From Bacilli bacterium (GTDB lineage: Bacteria > Bacillota_I > Bacilli_A > RF39 > UBA660), in assembly GCA_017542065.1 (NCBI GenBank), contig JAFXXX010000019.1:59705-123704 (forward strand): a stretch of 64,000 bases of DNA, given 5' to 3'. Numbering within the stretch: the stretch's first letter is position 1; every line of letters begins with the position of its first letter. Under the pieces are notes generated by a model, which saw nothing but the letters and a program-made list of their open reading frames with translations, did no database searches and was not told where the DNA came from. The position numbers and the translations under genes were made by a program. Of this stretch, positions 39,779 to 50,014 are shown piece after piece.

Positions 39779-41755
39779 TTACAATAAGTTCTCTATTCTA
39801 CTAATTAATTTATCTATATTTATATTCATATAGTTAAGAACATCATCTTTAGAACCAGAAGCTCCAAATGAATCTACAGTTAATAAATAATCTGAACTAG
39901 GAACAAATTTTTCCCATCCAAATGAAGAACCAAATTCTAATATAAATATAGGTTTACCCTTTGGAATAATACTCTCTTTATATTCATCACTTTGAATATT
40001 ATATAATTCCATACAAGGCATACTAATAATTCTTGCATCTATATTTTTATCTTGTAATAGTTTTACTTGCATTGATTTAGCAAGTTGAACTTCAGCTCCA
40101 GTAGCTATAATAACAGCATCTACTCTTTCTTTTTCCTCTCCTACTATATAAGCACCTTTAGAAACGCTTTCTCCTTTAGTTCCTTGTTCTGCTTTAACTT
40201 CAGTTTTAGGAAGTGAAATAACACAAGGGATCTTATTACTTAGTATTACATTCCAAGTACCAATAATTTCTTTAATATCAGCAGGTCTAAATACATATAA
40301 ATTAGGTATAGATCTAAGATCTGATAATTGCTCTACTGGTTGATGAGCAGGTCCATCAAATGAATTAGTAACAGAATCATGAGTAAATATATATGTTACT
40401 GGTAAATTCATTAATGCAGTTTGTCTAATAGATTCTCTCATACTATCACTATAAACAAGTAATGTTGATCCAAATGATCTAAATCCAGATACTGCAAGAC
40501 CATTTAAACAAGCTCCCATAAAGTTATCTCTAACTCCGAATGGAATATTCTTTCCAGTATATTTCTTATATCCTATTTCTTCTGAACCATCAATATATAC
40601 TCTAGTAGTATTAGCTAAGTCAGAACTACCTCCAATAAAGTTATAAACACTATTACCAATAAGGTTCATAATTCTATGATTACTTTCTCTCATAGATTCT
40701 TTATTATTATAATCTATTGGAATCTCTGCTCTGTTTAAATCTACATTTACTAAGTTTTGATTAATATTATTTAATTCAAGTAATTGTTGTGGTGTTAAAA
40801 CTTGTTTGTATTCATTAACTAGTTTTTCCCATTCTTGATAAATCTTAATAGATCTACCAATTACAGTATCTCTCATGTAACTAGCAGGTTCTTTTAATAT
40901 AGTAAATGGTATTGTACCAACTCCTGCTTTTTGTTTAAATTGATCTAAATCATTTTTTTCAAGTAATTGTGAATGAGTAGTTAATTTACCTTGATTAAGT
41001 AATCCTTCACCAATTATAGTTTTAACTTGAATAATTGTTGGAGCTTTAGCTCTTTTAGCTTTTTCGATAGCTTTATTAATTTCATTAGATGAATTACCAT
41101 TCTTAACAAATATAGTATTCCATCCCATAGATGAGAATCTAGATAAAACACTTTCACTAAATGTTCTTTTTATTTCTCCATCTGATGATACATCATTTGA
41201 ATCATATAAAACTATTAAATTATCTAATCCCATAGTTCCAGCAAAAGATGCAGCTTCATATGAAATACCTTTCATTAAATCTCCATCAGATACTAAAACG
41301 TACACTTTATAATCTATTATTTTATTTAATTTAGATTTACTCTTATCATTATATAATGCTTCATATTTCTTTTCAGCAAGAGCCATACCTACAGCTGTCG
41401 CAAATCCTTGACCTAATGGCCCTGTACTTAAATCTACTCCAAGAGTATTAATATTAGGATAAGCAGGTGTCTTAGAACCTAATTGTTTATAGTTTTTAAG
41501 GTCATCTATCATTAATGGATATCCAGTTAAAAACATTGTTGAATATAATAATGCTGATGCATGTGATGCACTTAAAACAAATCTATCTCTATTTATCCAA
41601 TCTGGTATAGAAGGATTAACTCTTAAATGTTTGGTAAAAAGTGTATATAAAATTGGTGCCGCAGAAAAACTTATACCATAATTTCCTTCTGTTCCAGAAT
41701 TTTGAATCATATCTAAAGCTAAATTCTTTATAACATTAATTGCCTTTTGATCCAT
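39779..41755 (-). CDS. tkt: transketolase family protein with a degenerate active site
   Basis: WINRDRFVLS..H, STGPLGQG, THDS...DGPAHQPVEQL and RPAD motifs; lexA-yneA-tkt-yneF synteny. Confidence 0.9.
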   Translation of the reverse strand: MDQKAINVIKNLALDMIQNSGTEGNYGISFSAAPILYTLFTKHLRVNPSIPDWINRDRFVLSASHASALLYSTMFLTGYPLMIDDLKNYKQLGSKTPAYPNINTLGVDLSTGPLGQGFATAVGMALAEKKYEALYNDKSKSKLNKIIDYKVYVLVSDGDLMKGISYEAASFAGTMGLDNLIVLYDSNDVSSDGEIKRTFSESVLSRFSSMGWNTIFVKNGNSSNEINKAIEKAKRAKAPTIIQVKTIIGEGLLNQGKLTTHSQLLEKNDLDQFKQKAGVGTIPFTILKEPASYMRDTVIGRSIKIYQEWEKLVNEYKQVLTPQQLLELNNINQNLVNVDLNRAEIPIDYNNKESMRESNHRIMNLIGNSVYNFIGGSSDLANTTRVYIDGSEEIGYKKYTGKNIPFGVRDNFMGACLNGLAVSGFRSFGSTLLVYSDSMRESIRQTALMNLPVTYIFTHDSVTNSFDGPAHQPVEQLSDLRSIPNLYVFRPADIKEIIGTWNVILSNKIPCVISLPKTEVKAEQGTKGESVSKGAYIVGEEKERVDAVIIATGAEVQLAKSMQVKLLQDKNIDARIISMPCMELYNIQSDEYKESIIPKGKPIFILEFGSSFGWEKFVPSSDYLLTVDSFGASGSKDDVLNYMNINIDKLISRIENLL

Positions 41756-41819
41756 AACTATCACCCTAGCCCTTTATTCTTTATTAATTATATCAAACAT
41801 TTAATAAAAAATAAATAGA

Positions 41820-41975
41820 TTATTCATAAACATAGTATTCTTCATAATTATAATCTTCAATTACTGTATCCTCTACTCCGTATACATTAATTAATCTAAT
41901 AGCTAGTGAATATAATAAAACAACACATATAACAAATGTTACTCCTACTTTTAAAATTCCTTTTAATTTTTTCAT
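41820..41975 (-). CDS. 51-aa single-TM peptide at the yneA/sosA position (putative SOS cell-division inhibitor)
   Basis: MKKLKGILKVGVTFVICVVLLYSLAIRLINVYGVEDTVIEDYNYEEYYVYE; GAGGTGA SD; divergent from lexA; absent from the ORF track. Confidence 0.75.
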   Translation of the reverse strand: MKKLKGILKVGVTFVICVVLLYSLAIRLINVYGVEDTVIEDYNYEEYYVYE

Positions 41976-41996
41976 ATATCTTCACCTCTTGTCTTC

Positions 41997-42073
41997 ATTG
42001 TATTACGAACAAGTGTATGTGTCAATATGCTTTCAAACAAATGTTTGACATTTTACATTTTTTGTGATAATAT
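41997..42073. promoter_or_regulatory. divergent promoters with two LexA (Cheo) boxes
   Basis: CGAACAAGTGTATG (42006-19) lies in the spacer of the minus-strand TTGACA-17-TACAAT promoter; CAAACAAATGTTTG (42034-47) overlaps the -35 TTGACA of lexA. Confidence 0.8.
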
Positions 42074-42095
42074 TATTTTAGTAAAGGAGAATAAT

Positions 42096-42707
42096 ATGGA
42101 GAAACTAACTGTAAAACAAAATCTAGTTTTAGATTATTTAAAAAGAAGTATAGCTAAAAATGGTTATCCACCTACTGTTAGAGAAATTGGTAAAGCACTA
42201 GATTTATCTAGTCCTGCAACTGTTCAAGCTCATTTAAATACTTTAGAAACTAAGGGATATATAAAAAGAGGAGATTCAAAGAATAGAGCTATTGAGTTAT
42301 TAGTTCCAAATGATTATGCTGAATCTGATACAATAGACGTTCCTCTACTTGGTAAAGTAACTGCAGGAAATCCAATTGAAGCTATTGAAATGCCAGATGA
42401 ATTCTTTACATTACCAGCTTCCATGATACCTACTAAAAAAGAAGTATTTACACTTAGAGTATCTGGAACTTCAATGATCAATGCTGGTGTTCATGATGGA
42501 GATATAGTTATAGTTCAAAGACAAGCTACTGCTAATAACGGAGATATGGTAGTTGCTATGACAGAAGATAATGAAGTTACACTTAAAACATTTTATAAAG
42601 AAGACGGATATTTTAGATTACAACCTGAAAATGATACTATGGCCCCTATTATACTTGATAAAGTATATATAGTTGGTAAAGCAATAGGATTATATAGAAA
42701 ATTCTAA
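42096..42707 (+). CDS. lexA: SOS repressor LexA
   Basis: GYPPTVREIG, VTAGNP cleavage site, VSGTSM, VTLK and RLQPEN motifs; AAGGAG SD before ATG at 42096. Confidence 0.97.
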   Translation: MEKLTVKQNLVLDYLKRSIAKNGYPPTVREIGKALDLSSPATVQAHLNTLETKGYIKRGDSKNRAIELLVPNDYAESDTIDVPLLGKVTAGNPIEAIEMPDEFFTLPASMIPTKKEVFTLRVSGTSMINAGVHDGDIVIVQRQATANNGDMVVAMTEDNEVTLKTFYKEDGYFRLQPENDTMAPIILDKVYIVGKAIGLYRKF

Positions 42708-42733
42708 AAAAGACTGCAATAAGCAGTCTTTTT
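42706..42733. terminator. bidirectional terminator
   Basis: AAAAAGACTGC/GCAGTCTTTTT hairpin between convergent genes. Confidence 0.75.
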
Positions 42734-43364
42734 ATATTAATTCTTTTTCTTTTAAATATGCATATATTAAATTAGTAGATGTGCTAATAAATGTTTTAAT
42801 ATCTTCAATATCAAATATATACTCTTTTTTCTCTTTAGTGTTTTCAATTATATAACTTGATTCATTTATTAATAAATTTAATTTATCCATTGGAATTTCA
42901 GTAATTATATTATTCAACTCAGGAAGTTCATTATAGAAAATGCTTAAATCCATATTATACTCATCAAGTAATCTAGTATTTAGATTTGTATAATCATTAT
43001 ATACATATAAAGTAAATATATTTTCAGTACATTTAACTTTAGTACCATCTAGTTTAGTAATTAATTCTTTTTCTTGATTAAATAATTCAGGAATGAAATA
43101 TTTAAACCATAAATAATCTGTATATAAATGAATAAAATAGCCCATTACAAAATCATCATTCATTTTAGAACTATATTTATTTAAAAATCTTTTTATATTT
43201 GGAATATCATTATTAGTATCTTGAAAATGAGCTTCTATTTTAGAACCAGTAGCTATCTTGCCAAGATCTGGTGCTATTCCTCCAAGTAATATAAGATTAT
43301 TATCTCTATTTAATTTTTTATTTAATTCATTTGCTACAGCCATATGTATAATTGTTGATGCCAT
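42732..43364 (-). CDS. zinc-dependent phospholipase C-like hydrolase
   Basis: MAS..IH..VA, GGIAPD, HF and GYFIHLYTD.LW motifs. Confidence 0.75.
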   Translation of the reverse strand: MASTIIHMAVANELNKKLNRDNNLILLGGIAPDLGKIATGSKIEAHFQDTNNDIPNIKRFLNKYSSKMNDDFVMGYFIHLYTDYLWFKYFIPELFNQEKELITKLDGTKVKCTENIFTLYVYNDYTNLNTRLLDEYNMDLSIFYNELPELNNIITEIPMDKLNLLINESSYIIENTKEKKEYIFDIEDIKTFISTSTNLIYAYLKEKELI

Positions 43365-43400
43365 ATTTTATCACCACAATAATTATAGCACAAAAAAAGA

Positions 43401-43847
43401 CTAGTTTTCACTATTCTTTTTTTTACTTTGAAGTTTTTTAACTCTTTTATAAGTTTTGCCCTTACCAAGTTCAGTAACAGTAAATGTTCTATTAATAATT
43501 TTTCTACAAGATTTTTTAGTCTTTTTATTAAAGTGTTCTGTTACTAAAGCATCACTAACTATATCTAGTAATGTAGCATTGTCAACATTTAATTCTTTTT
43601 TTACAATATGTCTAATATCATCAAATGATAATGTAAAGTATGATTTTGTTGCTTTACCTGTTTCAGGATCTACAATGTTTTCTGTTGCTTGACAAGAAAA
43701 TAAATTATCAGAGCAATATTGTTTTTTATATTTAAAAGATATACTAACATCTCTTTTTAATTTTTTGTAATGAGCTCTTATTAATAAAGATATTTGCTCA
43801 GTATTAAAAGAATATGTTGTTTTTTGACCGTTTCTTACAAATTCCAT
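43401..43847 (-). CDS. hypothetical protein (ORFan)
   Basis: ATG at 43847 follows GAGGTG; basic C-terminal tail. Confidence 0.65.
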   Translation of the reverse strand: MEFVRNGQKTTYSFNTEQISLLIRAHYKKLKRDVSISFKYKKQYCSDNLFSCQATENIVDPETGKATKSYFTLSFDDIRHIVKKELNVDNATLLDIVSDALVTEHFNKKTKKSCRKIINRTFTVTELGKGKTYKRVKKLQSKKKNSEN

Positions 43848-43915
43848 TTTTACACCTCTTTTTTTCTGCAAGTAAAAAGTATTATAGCAAAGTAAAAAAT
43901 CAAAATCAATATGCA

Positions 43916-45853
43916 TTATTTAATTTTAAACAAAACGCTTCCATCTTGATCTGTTCTATATATAATTGATTTATTTAGATTATCTAATACTTCTTTATTA
44001 GGATGACCATATCTATTATTTTTACCAACGCTAATAATAGAATATTTAGGATTAATTTCAGTAATAAATTCTTTACTAGAACTAGTTTTAGATCCATGAT
44101 GGCCTACTTTTAATACATCTATATTAGACAATTCATATTTATTTAATATATCTTTTTCTTTAGTAATACTAGCATCTCCCATAAATAAGAGTTTATGATT
44201 ATTTAGCTTAGTATATATTACATTTGAATTATCATTTTCATTATCATATTTTTTTGTTTGTAAAAATTCTAGATTATCTACCCTATTTACACAAGTATAG
44301 TAATTAATATTTTTATTTTTTAAAACTTTAATTAATTCATTTTCTAAATCGTTGTAAGGTCCACAATTAAATACTACATTATCTACTTTAAATTTATTAA
44401 CTAAATTAATGGCCTCACCCATATGATCGTAATCACCATGAGTTAAAATTAGATAATCTATTTTTTTAACTCCTACACTTCTTGATAAAGGTATTATTAA
44501 ATTATCAGCTAAAGAATAATTATATTTTCCCCCAGTATCTATTAAATAGTTTTTATTTTTAATTCTAATTAAACTTGAATCTCCTTGACCTACATCCAAG
44601 AAATAAACTCTTGGATTAATCATATATGAATTATTTAGATAAAATATAAATAATAAACTAATAATTCCAAGATAATATTTCTTATTATTTTTAGATAAAA
44701 AAAGCACTAAATAATAGATAATTATTAGTAATATATTTAATTTAGAAAAAGATACTGTAAATATACTTATTTCACTCATTTTAAGCATGATTTTATCCAT
44801 GTAATTAGTTATGTAGAAGAAATACTTGTCTAAGAAATTAAATATGAAAACAAGGCATGAAAACGGGAATATTATATAACTAATAAATGGTATAAATATT
44901 ACATTCATAAATAATGAAATAAAATTAATTTTAAAATAGTTATTTATAAGTATTGGAATAGAATAAAAGAATGCTACTAAGGATGAATATTTTGATTTTG
45001 AATAATATAATCCAAATGATATTACAAACGAAAATATAAAAGCTATATTATAGATATTAAATGGATTAATAACTAACAAGAATAACATTATTATTAATAA
45101 TAGTTTCTCATTAGATATATTTAGTTTTAAACTTTTTAATAAATACATTAAGAAACATCTAACTATTGATGCAGAAAAGTTTAATAAAAACATATATAAA
45201 ATTAAAAAGATATATATAAATATCTTTTTTGTTTTTAATTTATTTAAAAGCATAATTATATATGATATATGCATACCAGATATACATATTAAATGTACTA
45301 ACCCTAGATTCTTATAAGAAGAATATAGATCATCTTCTAAAAAGTTTTTATTTGATAATAGGAATACATATAAATATTTTTTAGAGTATTTACACTTTTC
45401 TATTCTTTTTACTATTAAGTTTTTAATAGTAAATAAAATATTCTTATTCTTTTTTATTAGTTTAATACTATCAGCATTAAACATATAATATATTCTTTGG
45501 CTATATAAATACTTTTTATAATTAAACATGTTAAAATTTGTATTTTCACTTATAGGTGTATATTCACCTTTTAGTTCAACATAATCACCATATTTAAGAT
45601 TAAAAGTTTCTGTTTTTAAATAATAATTAACTATTATTCTTCTTTTTGATTTAATCTTTATAGTTAATTTATTACCATCTGTTTTATAGTCATAAATATA
45701 ACCTGTAATAGTATTATCATTTATGTCTTTTGGATTAAATAATATGATAAATAATGAACAATACAATATTACAATTATGGATAATAATATTAATAATTTA
45801 TTCTGTAGTAATATTATCTTTAATCTTTGTATATATGCTTTCACCAATACCAC
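43916..45853 (-). CDS. comEC: DNA uptake channel ComEC/Rec2
   Basis: HLICISGMH, FLDVGQGDS, LTHGDYDHMG, LKVGHHGS and NRYGHP motifs; start codon uncertain. Confidence 0.93.
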   Translation of the reverse strand: MVLVKAYIQRLKIILLQNKLLILLSIIVILYCSLFIILFNPKDINDNTITGYIYDYKTDGNKLTIKIKSKRRIIVNYYLKTETFNLKYGDYVELKGEYTPISENTNFNMFNYKKYLYSQRIYYMFNADSIKLIKKNKNILFTIKNLIVKRIEKCKYSKKYLYVFLLSNKNFLEDDLYSSYKNLGLVHLICISGMHISYIIMLLNKLKTKKIFIYIFLILYMFLLNFSASIVRCFLMYLLKSLKLNISNEKLLLIIMLFLLVINPFNIYNIAFIFSFVISFGLYYSKSKYSSLVAFFYSIPILINNYFKINFISLFMNVIFIPFISYIIFPFSCLVFIFNFLDKYFFYITNYMDKIMLKMSEISIFTVSFSKLNILLIIIYYLVLFLSKNNKKYYLGIISLLFIFYLNNSYMINPRVYFLDVGQGDSSLIRIKNKNYLIDTGGKYNYSLADNLIIPLSRSVGVKKIDYLILTHGDYDHMGEAINLVNKFKVDNVVFNCGPYNDLENELIKVLKNKNINYYTCVNRVDNLEFLQTKKYDNENDNSNVIYTKLNNHKLLFMGDASITKEKDILNKYELSNIDVLKVGHHGSKTSSSKEFITEINPKYSIISVGKNNRYGHPNKEVLDNLNKSIIYRTDQDGSVLFKIK

Positions 45854-46421
45854 TTACATTTTTAATATCTTCAATAGAATTAAATATATTACTTTTTCTA
45901 TATTCAATTATTTTATCTGCTTTAGATTCTCCAATACCTATTAGAGTCATTAACTCTTCTTTTGTAGCAGTATTAATATTTACTTTACCAGTAACTTTTA
46001 CTTCTTCTTTTGATGCATTACTCTTTTCACAAGCATCATTACTATTATCTGGACATATTATTTTTTCTTCTACCTTTTTAATAATTTCTTTTGATGGTAA
46101 TGATTTTTCTTTATACTCTTTTATTTGATCATTAGTATAGATAATAATATACATTTCATCTTTTACTTTTTTACTTAAATTAAGAATAGTAGTATCAGCA
46201 TTATCAGTTAATCCTCCTGCCAGGTTAATAACATCTATTACTCTCTTATTACACTCTATTTCATATACACCAGGATTATTAATAGCACCTTTTATATCTA
46301 CAAAACAGTTATGAGTAATTACTTCATCATCTGCTTTAACTTCTTTAGGATTATAATAAATAGATATAACAATAACTAATATAGTAAATAAAACTAATAT
46401 AATTTTTAATTTGTTTTTCAT
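45798..46421 (-). CDS. comEA: DNA receptor ComEA
   Basis: N-terminal TM, VDIKGAINNPGVY (SLBB) and VNINTAT.EEL..L.GIG..KA (HhH). Confidence 0.95.
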   Translation of the reverse strand: MKNKLKIILVLFTILVIVISIYYNPKEVKADDEVITHNCFVDIKGAINNPGVYEIECNKRVIDVINLAGGLTDNADTTILNLSKKVKDEMYIIIYTNDQIKEYKEKSLPSKEIIKKVEEKIICPDNSNDACEKSNASKEEVKVTGKVNINTATKEELMTLIGIGESKADKIIEYRKSNIFNSIEDIKNVSGIGESIYTKIKDNITTE

Positions 46422-46444
46422 AATAAAAACACCTCCTAAAAGTT

Positions 46445-46474
46445 ATATTCTCTTTTAGAAAGTGTTATTCCTTT
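46445..46474 (-). promoter_or_regulatory. sigma-H-type promoter of comEA-comEC
   Basis: AAAGGAATA-12 bp-AGAGAATAT matches the SigH consensus RNAGGAWWW-N11/12-RNNGAATWW. Confidence 0.55.
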
Positions 46475-47618
46475 AATTTAATACTTTTCTTTTTAAACTA
46501 TCATAGTTTTCTATAGATACTCTTTGAACTATAGCAAGCGAAGTAGAGACTGTTAATGCAAATGATCCACCATAGCTTAAGAATGGAAGTGGTACACCTG
46601 TTAAAGGTAATATACCTAATACTCCAACCAAGTTAATAATTATATGTGAAAATAAGAATACTGCTACACCATAACATAATATTTGATTATGAATATTAGT
46701 AGCTTTCTTACCTACTAATATAATTCTATATATAATTAATACATAAATTAATATTACAAGTATTGCAGGTATTAAACCAAATTCCTCTACTATAATTGGA
46801 AATATAAAGTCTGTATAAGCTTCTGGTAAATATAAGTATTTTTGTTTACTATTACCAGGAGAAACAGATATTAATTTACCATTATTAATAGCTATATATC
46901 CATTACATACTTGGTAACCTGTATTTTCTTGATATCTAGTACATGGTTTTAAGAAATTAAATCTAGCCATTTGCATAGAGTTAAATACATTACCTTTAAT
47001 TATTAAAACTAGTCCTATAACTGTTATTAAAGCACCTATTCCAATTAAGGAAGCTCTTAGTTTATGTTTAACAGGAACTGGTGACATAAAGTATAAACTA
47101 GTTGTTATTATAAATAATATTAAACCTGTTCCAGCATCTGGTTGAGCAACAGTTAATCCAGTCATAATAGCACCTGCTATTATTGCATATGATGTTTTAA
47201 AGTTATTTAATGTAGGATTCTTTGAAACTGCTCCATATACAAAAGCAGAAAATATAATAATAGCTATTTTAGCAAATTCTGATGGTTGAACAGTAAATGG
47301 TCCTACTGGAAACCATGATCTAGCACCATTAGCTTTAGCACCAAATACAAATAATAATCCAAGTAATATAATTATTCCAATAGCTACTGGTAAAGCCCAT
47401 TTTTTATATTTTCTTGTAGGATACAATATAACAATAATAGTAACTATAATAGATAGCACCATAAAAAGGATTTGTCTAAATAAATAATGAGTTGGTGCTA
47501 CTCCTTCAGATATAGATTTAAAAGAAGAAGCATCAAATATCATAAATAAACCAAATCCAAATAAAATAATACTAGAAATCAATAAAACTTTGTCTAATTT
47601 GTTTATTAATCTTCTCAT
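46473..47618 (-). CDS. ftsW: FtsW/RodA/SpoVE family (SEDS) protein
   Basis: NGARSWF, QPSEFAK, QPDAGT, LPEAYTDFIF and PLTGVPLPFLSYGGS motifs. Confidence 0.9.
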   Translation of the reverse strand: MRRLINKLDKVLLISSIILFGFGLFMIFDASSFKSISEGVAPTHYLFRQILFMVLSIIVTIIVILYPTRKYKKWALPVAIGIIILLGLLFVFGAKANGARSWFPVGPFTVQPSEFAKIAIIIFSAFVYGAVSKNPTLNNFKTSYAIIAGAIMTGLTVAQPDAGTGLILFIITTSLYFMSPVPVKHKLRASLIGIGALITVIGLVLIIKGNVFNSMQMARFNFLKPCTRYQENTGYQVCNGYIAINNGKLISVSPGNSKQKYLYLPEAYTDFIFPIIVEEFGLIPAILVILIYVLIIYRIILVGKKATNIHNQILCYGVAVFLFSHIIINLVGVLGILPLTGVPLPFLSYGGSFALTVSTSLAIVQRVSIENYDSLKRKVLN

Positions 47619-47740
47619 ATTCCTACCTCTAATATAATAATATCATGTTTTATATTTATTATTCTACGGACTTTACACTGTCTTTAATTTGATTTTTTTA
47701 AAAAATATGATAAAATACTTGTGTGATTTGGGGTGATACT

Positions 47741-48289
47741 ATGCTAAAAACTAAAGATGTTATTGATGAATACGATAAGAGAATTAGATTAGTAAGTAAA
47801 GAAGTTAGTTTTCCTTTAGATGATAAGACTAAAAAAACTATAGAAGACTCTATAGAAATGCTTAGACTTAGTCAAATAGATGAATATGCTAAGAAATATG
47901 ATTTAAGACCTGGTATGGGACTTTCTCTTATACAATTAGGTATAGCTAAAAGAATATTTGTAATAGTATATGAATATGAAGAAGGAAAGTTTGAAACATA
48001 TACAGTTATTAATCCTAAGATACTTAGTGAATCAGAAGAAAAGATATATGTATCTGAAGGAGAAGGATGTTTATCTATTAATAGACCAATTGAAGGAATT
48101 GTTCCAAGAAGTGCTAGAATAAGTGTTGAATATTATGATATAGATGGTAATAAAATAGAAAAAAGATTTAGAGAAGAACTAGCTATTGTATTCCAACATG
48201 AATTTGATCATTTAAATGGTATTCTATTCTATGATAGAATTGATCCTAAAGATCCATATAAATATAAAGATATTTATAGAGGTATATAA
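47741..48289 (+). CDS. def: peptide deformylase
   Basis: GMGLS..QLG, EGCLS and QHEFDHLNG motifs. Confidence 0.96.
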   Translation: MLKTKDVIDEYDKRIRLVSKEVSFPLDDKTKKTIEDSIEMLRLSQIDEYAKKYDLRPGMGLSLIQLGIAKRIFVIVYEYEEGKFETYTVINPKILSESEEKIYVSEGEGCLSINRPIEGIVPRSARISVEYYDIDGNKIEKRFREELAIVFQHEFDHLNGILFYDRIDPKDPYKYKDIYRGI

Positions 48290-48301
48290 AAAAGATGTGA
48301 A

Positions 48302-48997
48302 TTATTCACATCTTTTTATTTTTCCATGACTTTCTAAATAATCAATAGATTTTTCACTAACAATCTTATCTTTTTTCATTACTTTAATAGCTTTACAGTT
48401 AAATTCATCTGTAGAAACTTTATCTTTTTCTTTATATATATCTACTAATTCTTCAATAGATTTTAATGTATTTTTTGTATAGTAAGATAATACTGGAGTT
48501 TTCTTTAACATATAACCTGCTATTTTAGAGTTAGTTACAGGTTTAATTTGATGAAAGTTTTCTGAGAATACAATTGGACCAGATAATATAAATAATACTA
48601 TAAATGTAATAATATAATATTCAACTGCTCCAAGAATCATACCAAGTATTTTAGATGGTATAGCAAGTATTACAGTATCCTTAAAGAATTCTTCTAGTTT
48701 AGAACTAACTTTTACAAGTAATCCAAATACTATACTAAATAGTAAGAATAAAATCATAAATGAAATAAACTCATATACAAGTATATTTAATACTGTATAA
48801 TCATATAAAACTCCAAATGTTAAGAATGGAAGTCTACTATAAAGGAAAGCTGATAAAGGATTCTTAAGTAAGAATGATAATACTACTACTAAAATCATTC
48901 CTATAGTTAAAACTGATTGTTTTAATACTCCTCTTTTAAATCCTATAATAGCTCCTGCTAATATAACCATTAAAATAATAATATCTACATAATTCAT
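48302..48997 (-). CDS. CvpA family membrane protein
   Basis: MNYVDIII...GFKRG and K.LGMILG motifs; divergent from rnhC as in Bacillus. Confidence 0.85.
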   Translation of the reverse strand: MNYVDIIILMVILAGAIIGFKRGVLKQSVLTIGMILVVVLSFLLKNPLSAFLYSRLPFLTFGVLYDYTVLNILVYEFISFMILFLLFSIVFGLLVKVSSKLEEFFKDTVILAIPSKILGMILGAVEYYIITFIVLFILSGPIVFSENFHQIKPVTNSKIAGYMLKKTPVLSYYTKNTLKSIEELVDIYKEKDKVSTDEFNCKAIKVMKKDKIVSEKSIDYLESHGKIKRCE

Positions 48998-49079
48998 ATA
49001 TTACACCTCTACTAATATTATATTATATTTTTAACAATTTATCTAATAAATATGATAAAATATACATAGAGGTGTTAAC

Positions 49080-50003
49080 ATGACTATATCATTTAAAGTT
49101 AGTGACAAATTAAAAGAGGAAATGATTAAACATTTTGAAGATAAAAAAAGAGATAAGACTCCTATGTATGCTATATTTCAAGCAGATGAAGAAGATACAG
49201 TAGTTACTCTTTATGAATCTGGTAAAGTAGTATTCCAAGGTGTATCTGCAGATGTAGATGCTAATTACTGGAAAGAAACTGAAAAAATACTAACTGGTTC
49301 TTATCCTGAAGAACAAGAAAAGAAAGAAAAGAAGGAAGAAGTTGATAATACTGATTACTACTTTATCTCATCTATTGGATCAGATGAAGTTGGTACTGGT
49401 GATTATTTTGGACCTATTATAGTTACTGCTTCCTATGTAGATAGAAAAGATATTTCTTTTCTAGAAGAACTAGGAGTTAGAGATTCTAAAAAAATAACTG
49501 ATGAAAAAATTATGAAGATTGCCCCTACTCTTATAGAAAAGATTCCTCATTATTCATATATATTAACTAATGAAGAATATAATAAGATGCAAGATACTGG
49601 TAATAACATGAATAAAATAAAATCTATTCTTCATAATAAATGTATACTAGGTTTATTAAAACAAGGTAATTATTCATATGATATGGTTGTTATGGATCAA
49701 TTTACACCAAAAAGAAATTATTATGGTTATTTAAAGAACGAAGAAAATGTATTTAGAAAAATAACATTTACTACTAAAGCTGAAGATAAATGTTTATCAG
49801 TTGGAGTATCATCAATAATATCTAGATATATGTTCTTAAAAGAAATGGAAAAATTATCTAAGAAAGCAGGTACTTCTTTACCACTTGGAGCTTCAACAGT
49901 AGTTGATGAAACTGGTAAGAAAATAGTAGAAAAATATGGCAAAGAAAAACTTAGTGAAATCGCTAAGTTAAACTTTAAGAATACAGAAAAGATCCTAAAC
50001 TAG
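49080..50003 (+). CDS. rnhC: ribonuclease HIII
   Basis: TBP-like N-terminus (LYESGKVVFQG), IGSDEVGTGDYFGP, DSKK, DQF and KLNFKNT motifs. Confidence 0.95.
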   Translation: MTISFKVSDKLKEEMIKHFEDKKRDKTPMYAIFQADEEDTVVTLYESGKVVFQGVSADVDANYWKETEKILTGSYPEEQEKKEKKEEVDNTDYYFISSIGSDEVGTGDYFGPIIVTASYVDRKDISFLEELGVRDSKKITDEKIMKIAPTLIEKIPHYSYILTNEEYNKMQDTGNNMNKIKSILHNKCILGLLKQGNYSYDMVVMDQFTPKRNYYGYLKNEENVFRKITFTTKAEDKCLSVGVSSIISRYMFLKEMEKLSKKAGTSLPLGASTVVDETGKKIVEKYGKEKLSEIAKLNFKNTEKILN

Positions 50004-50014
50004 GATCTTTTTTA

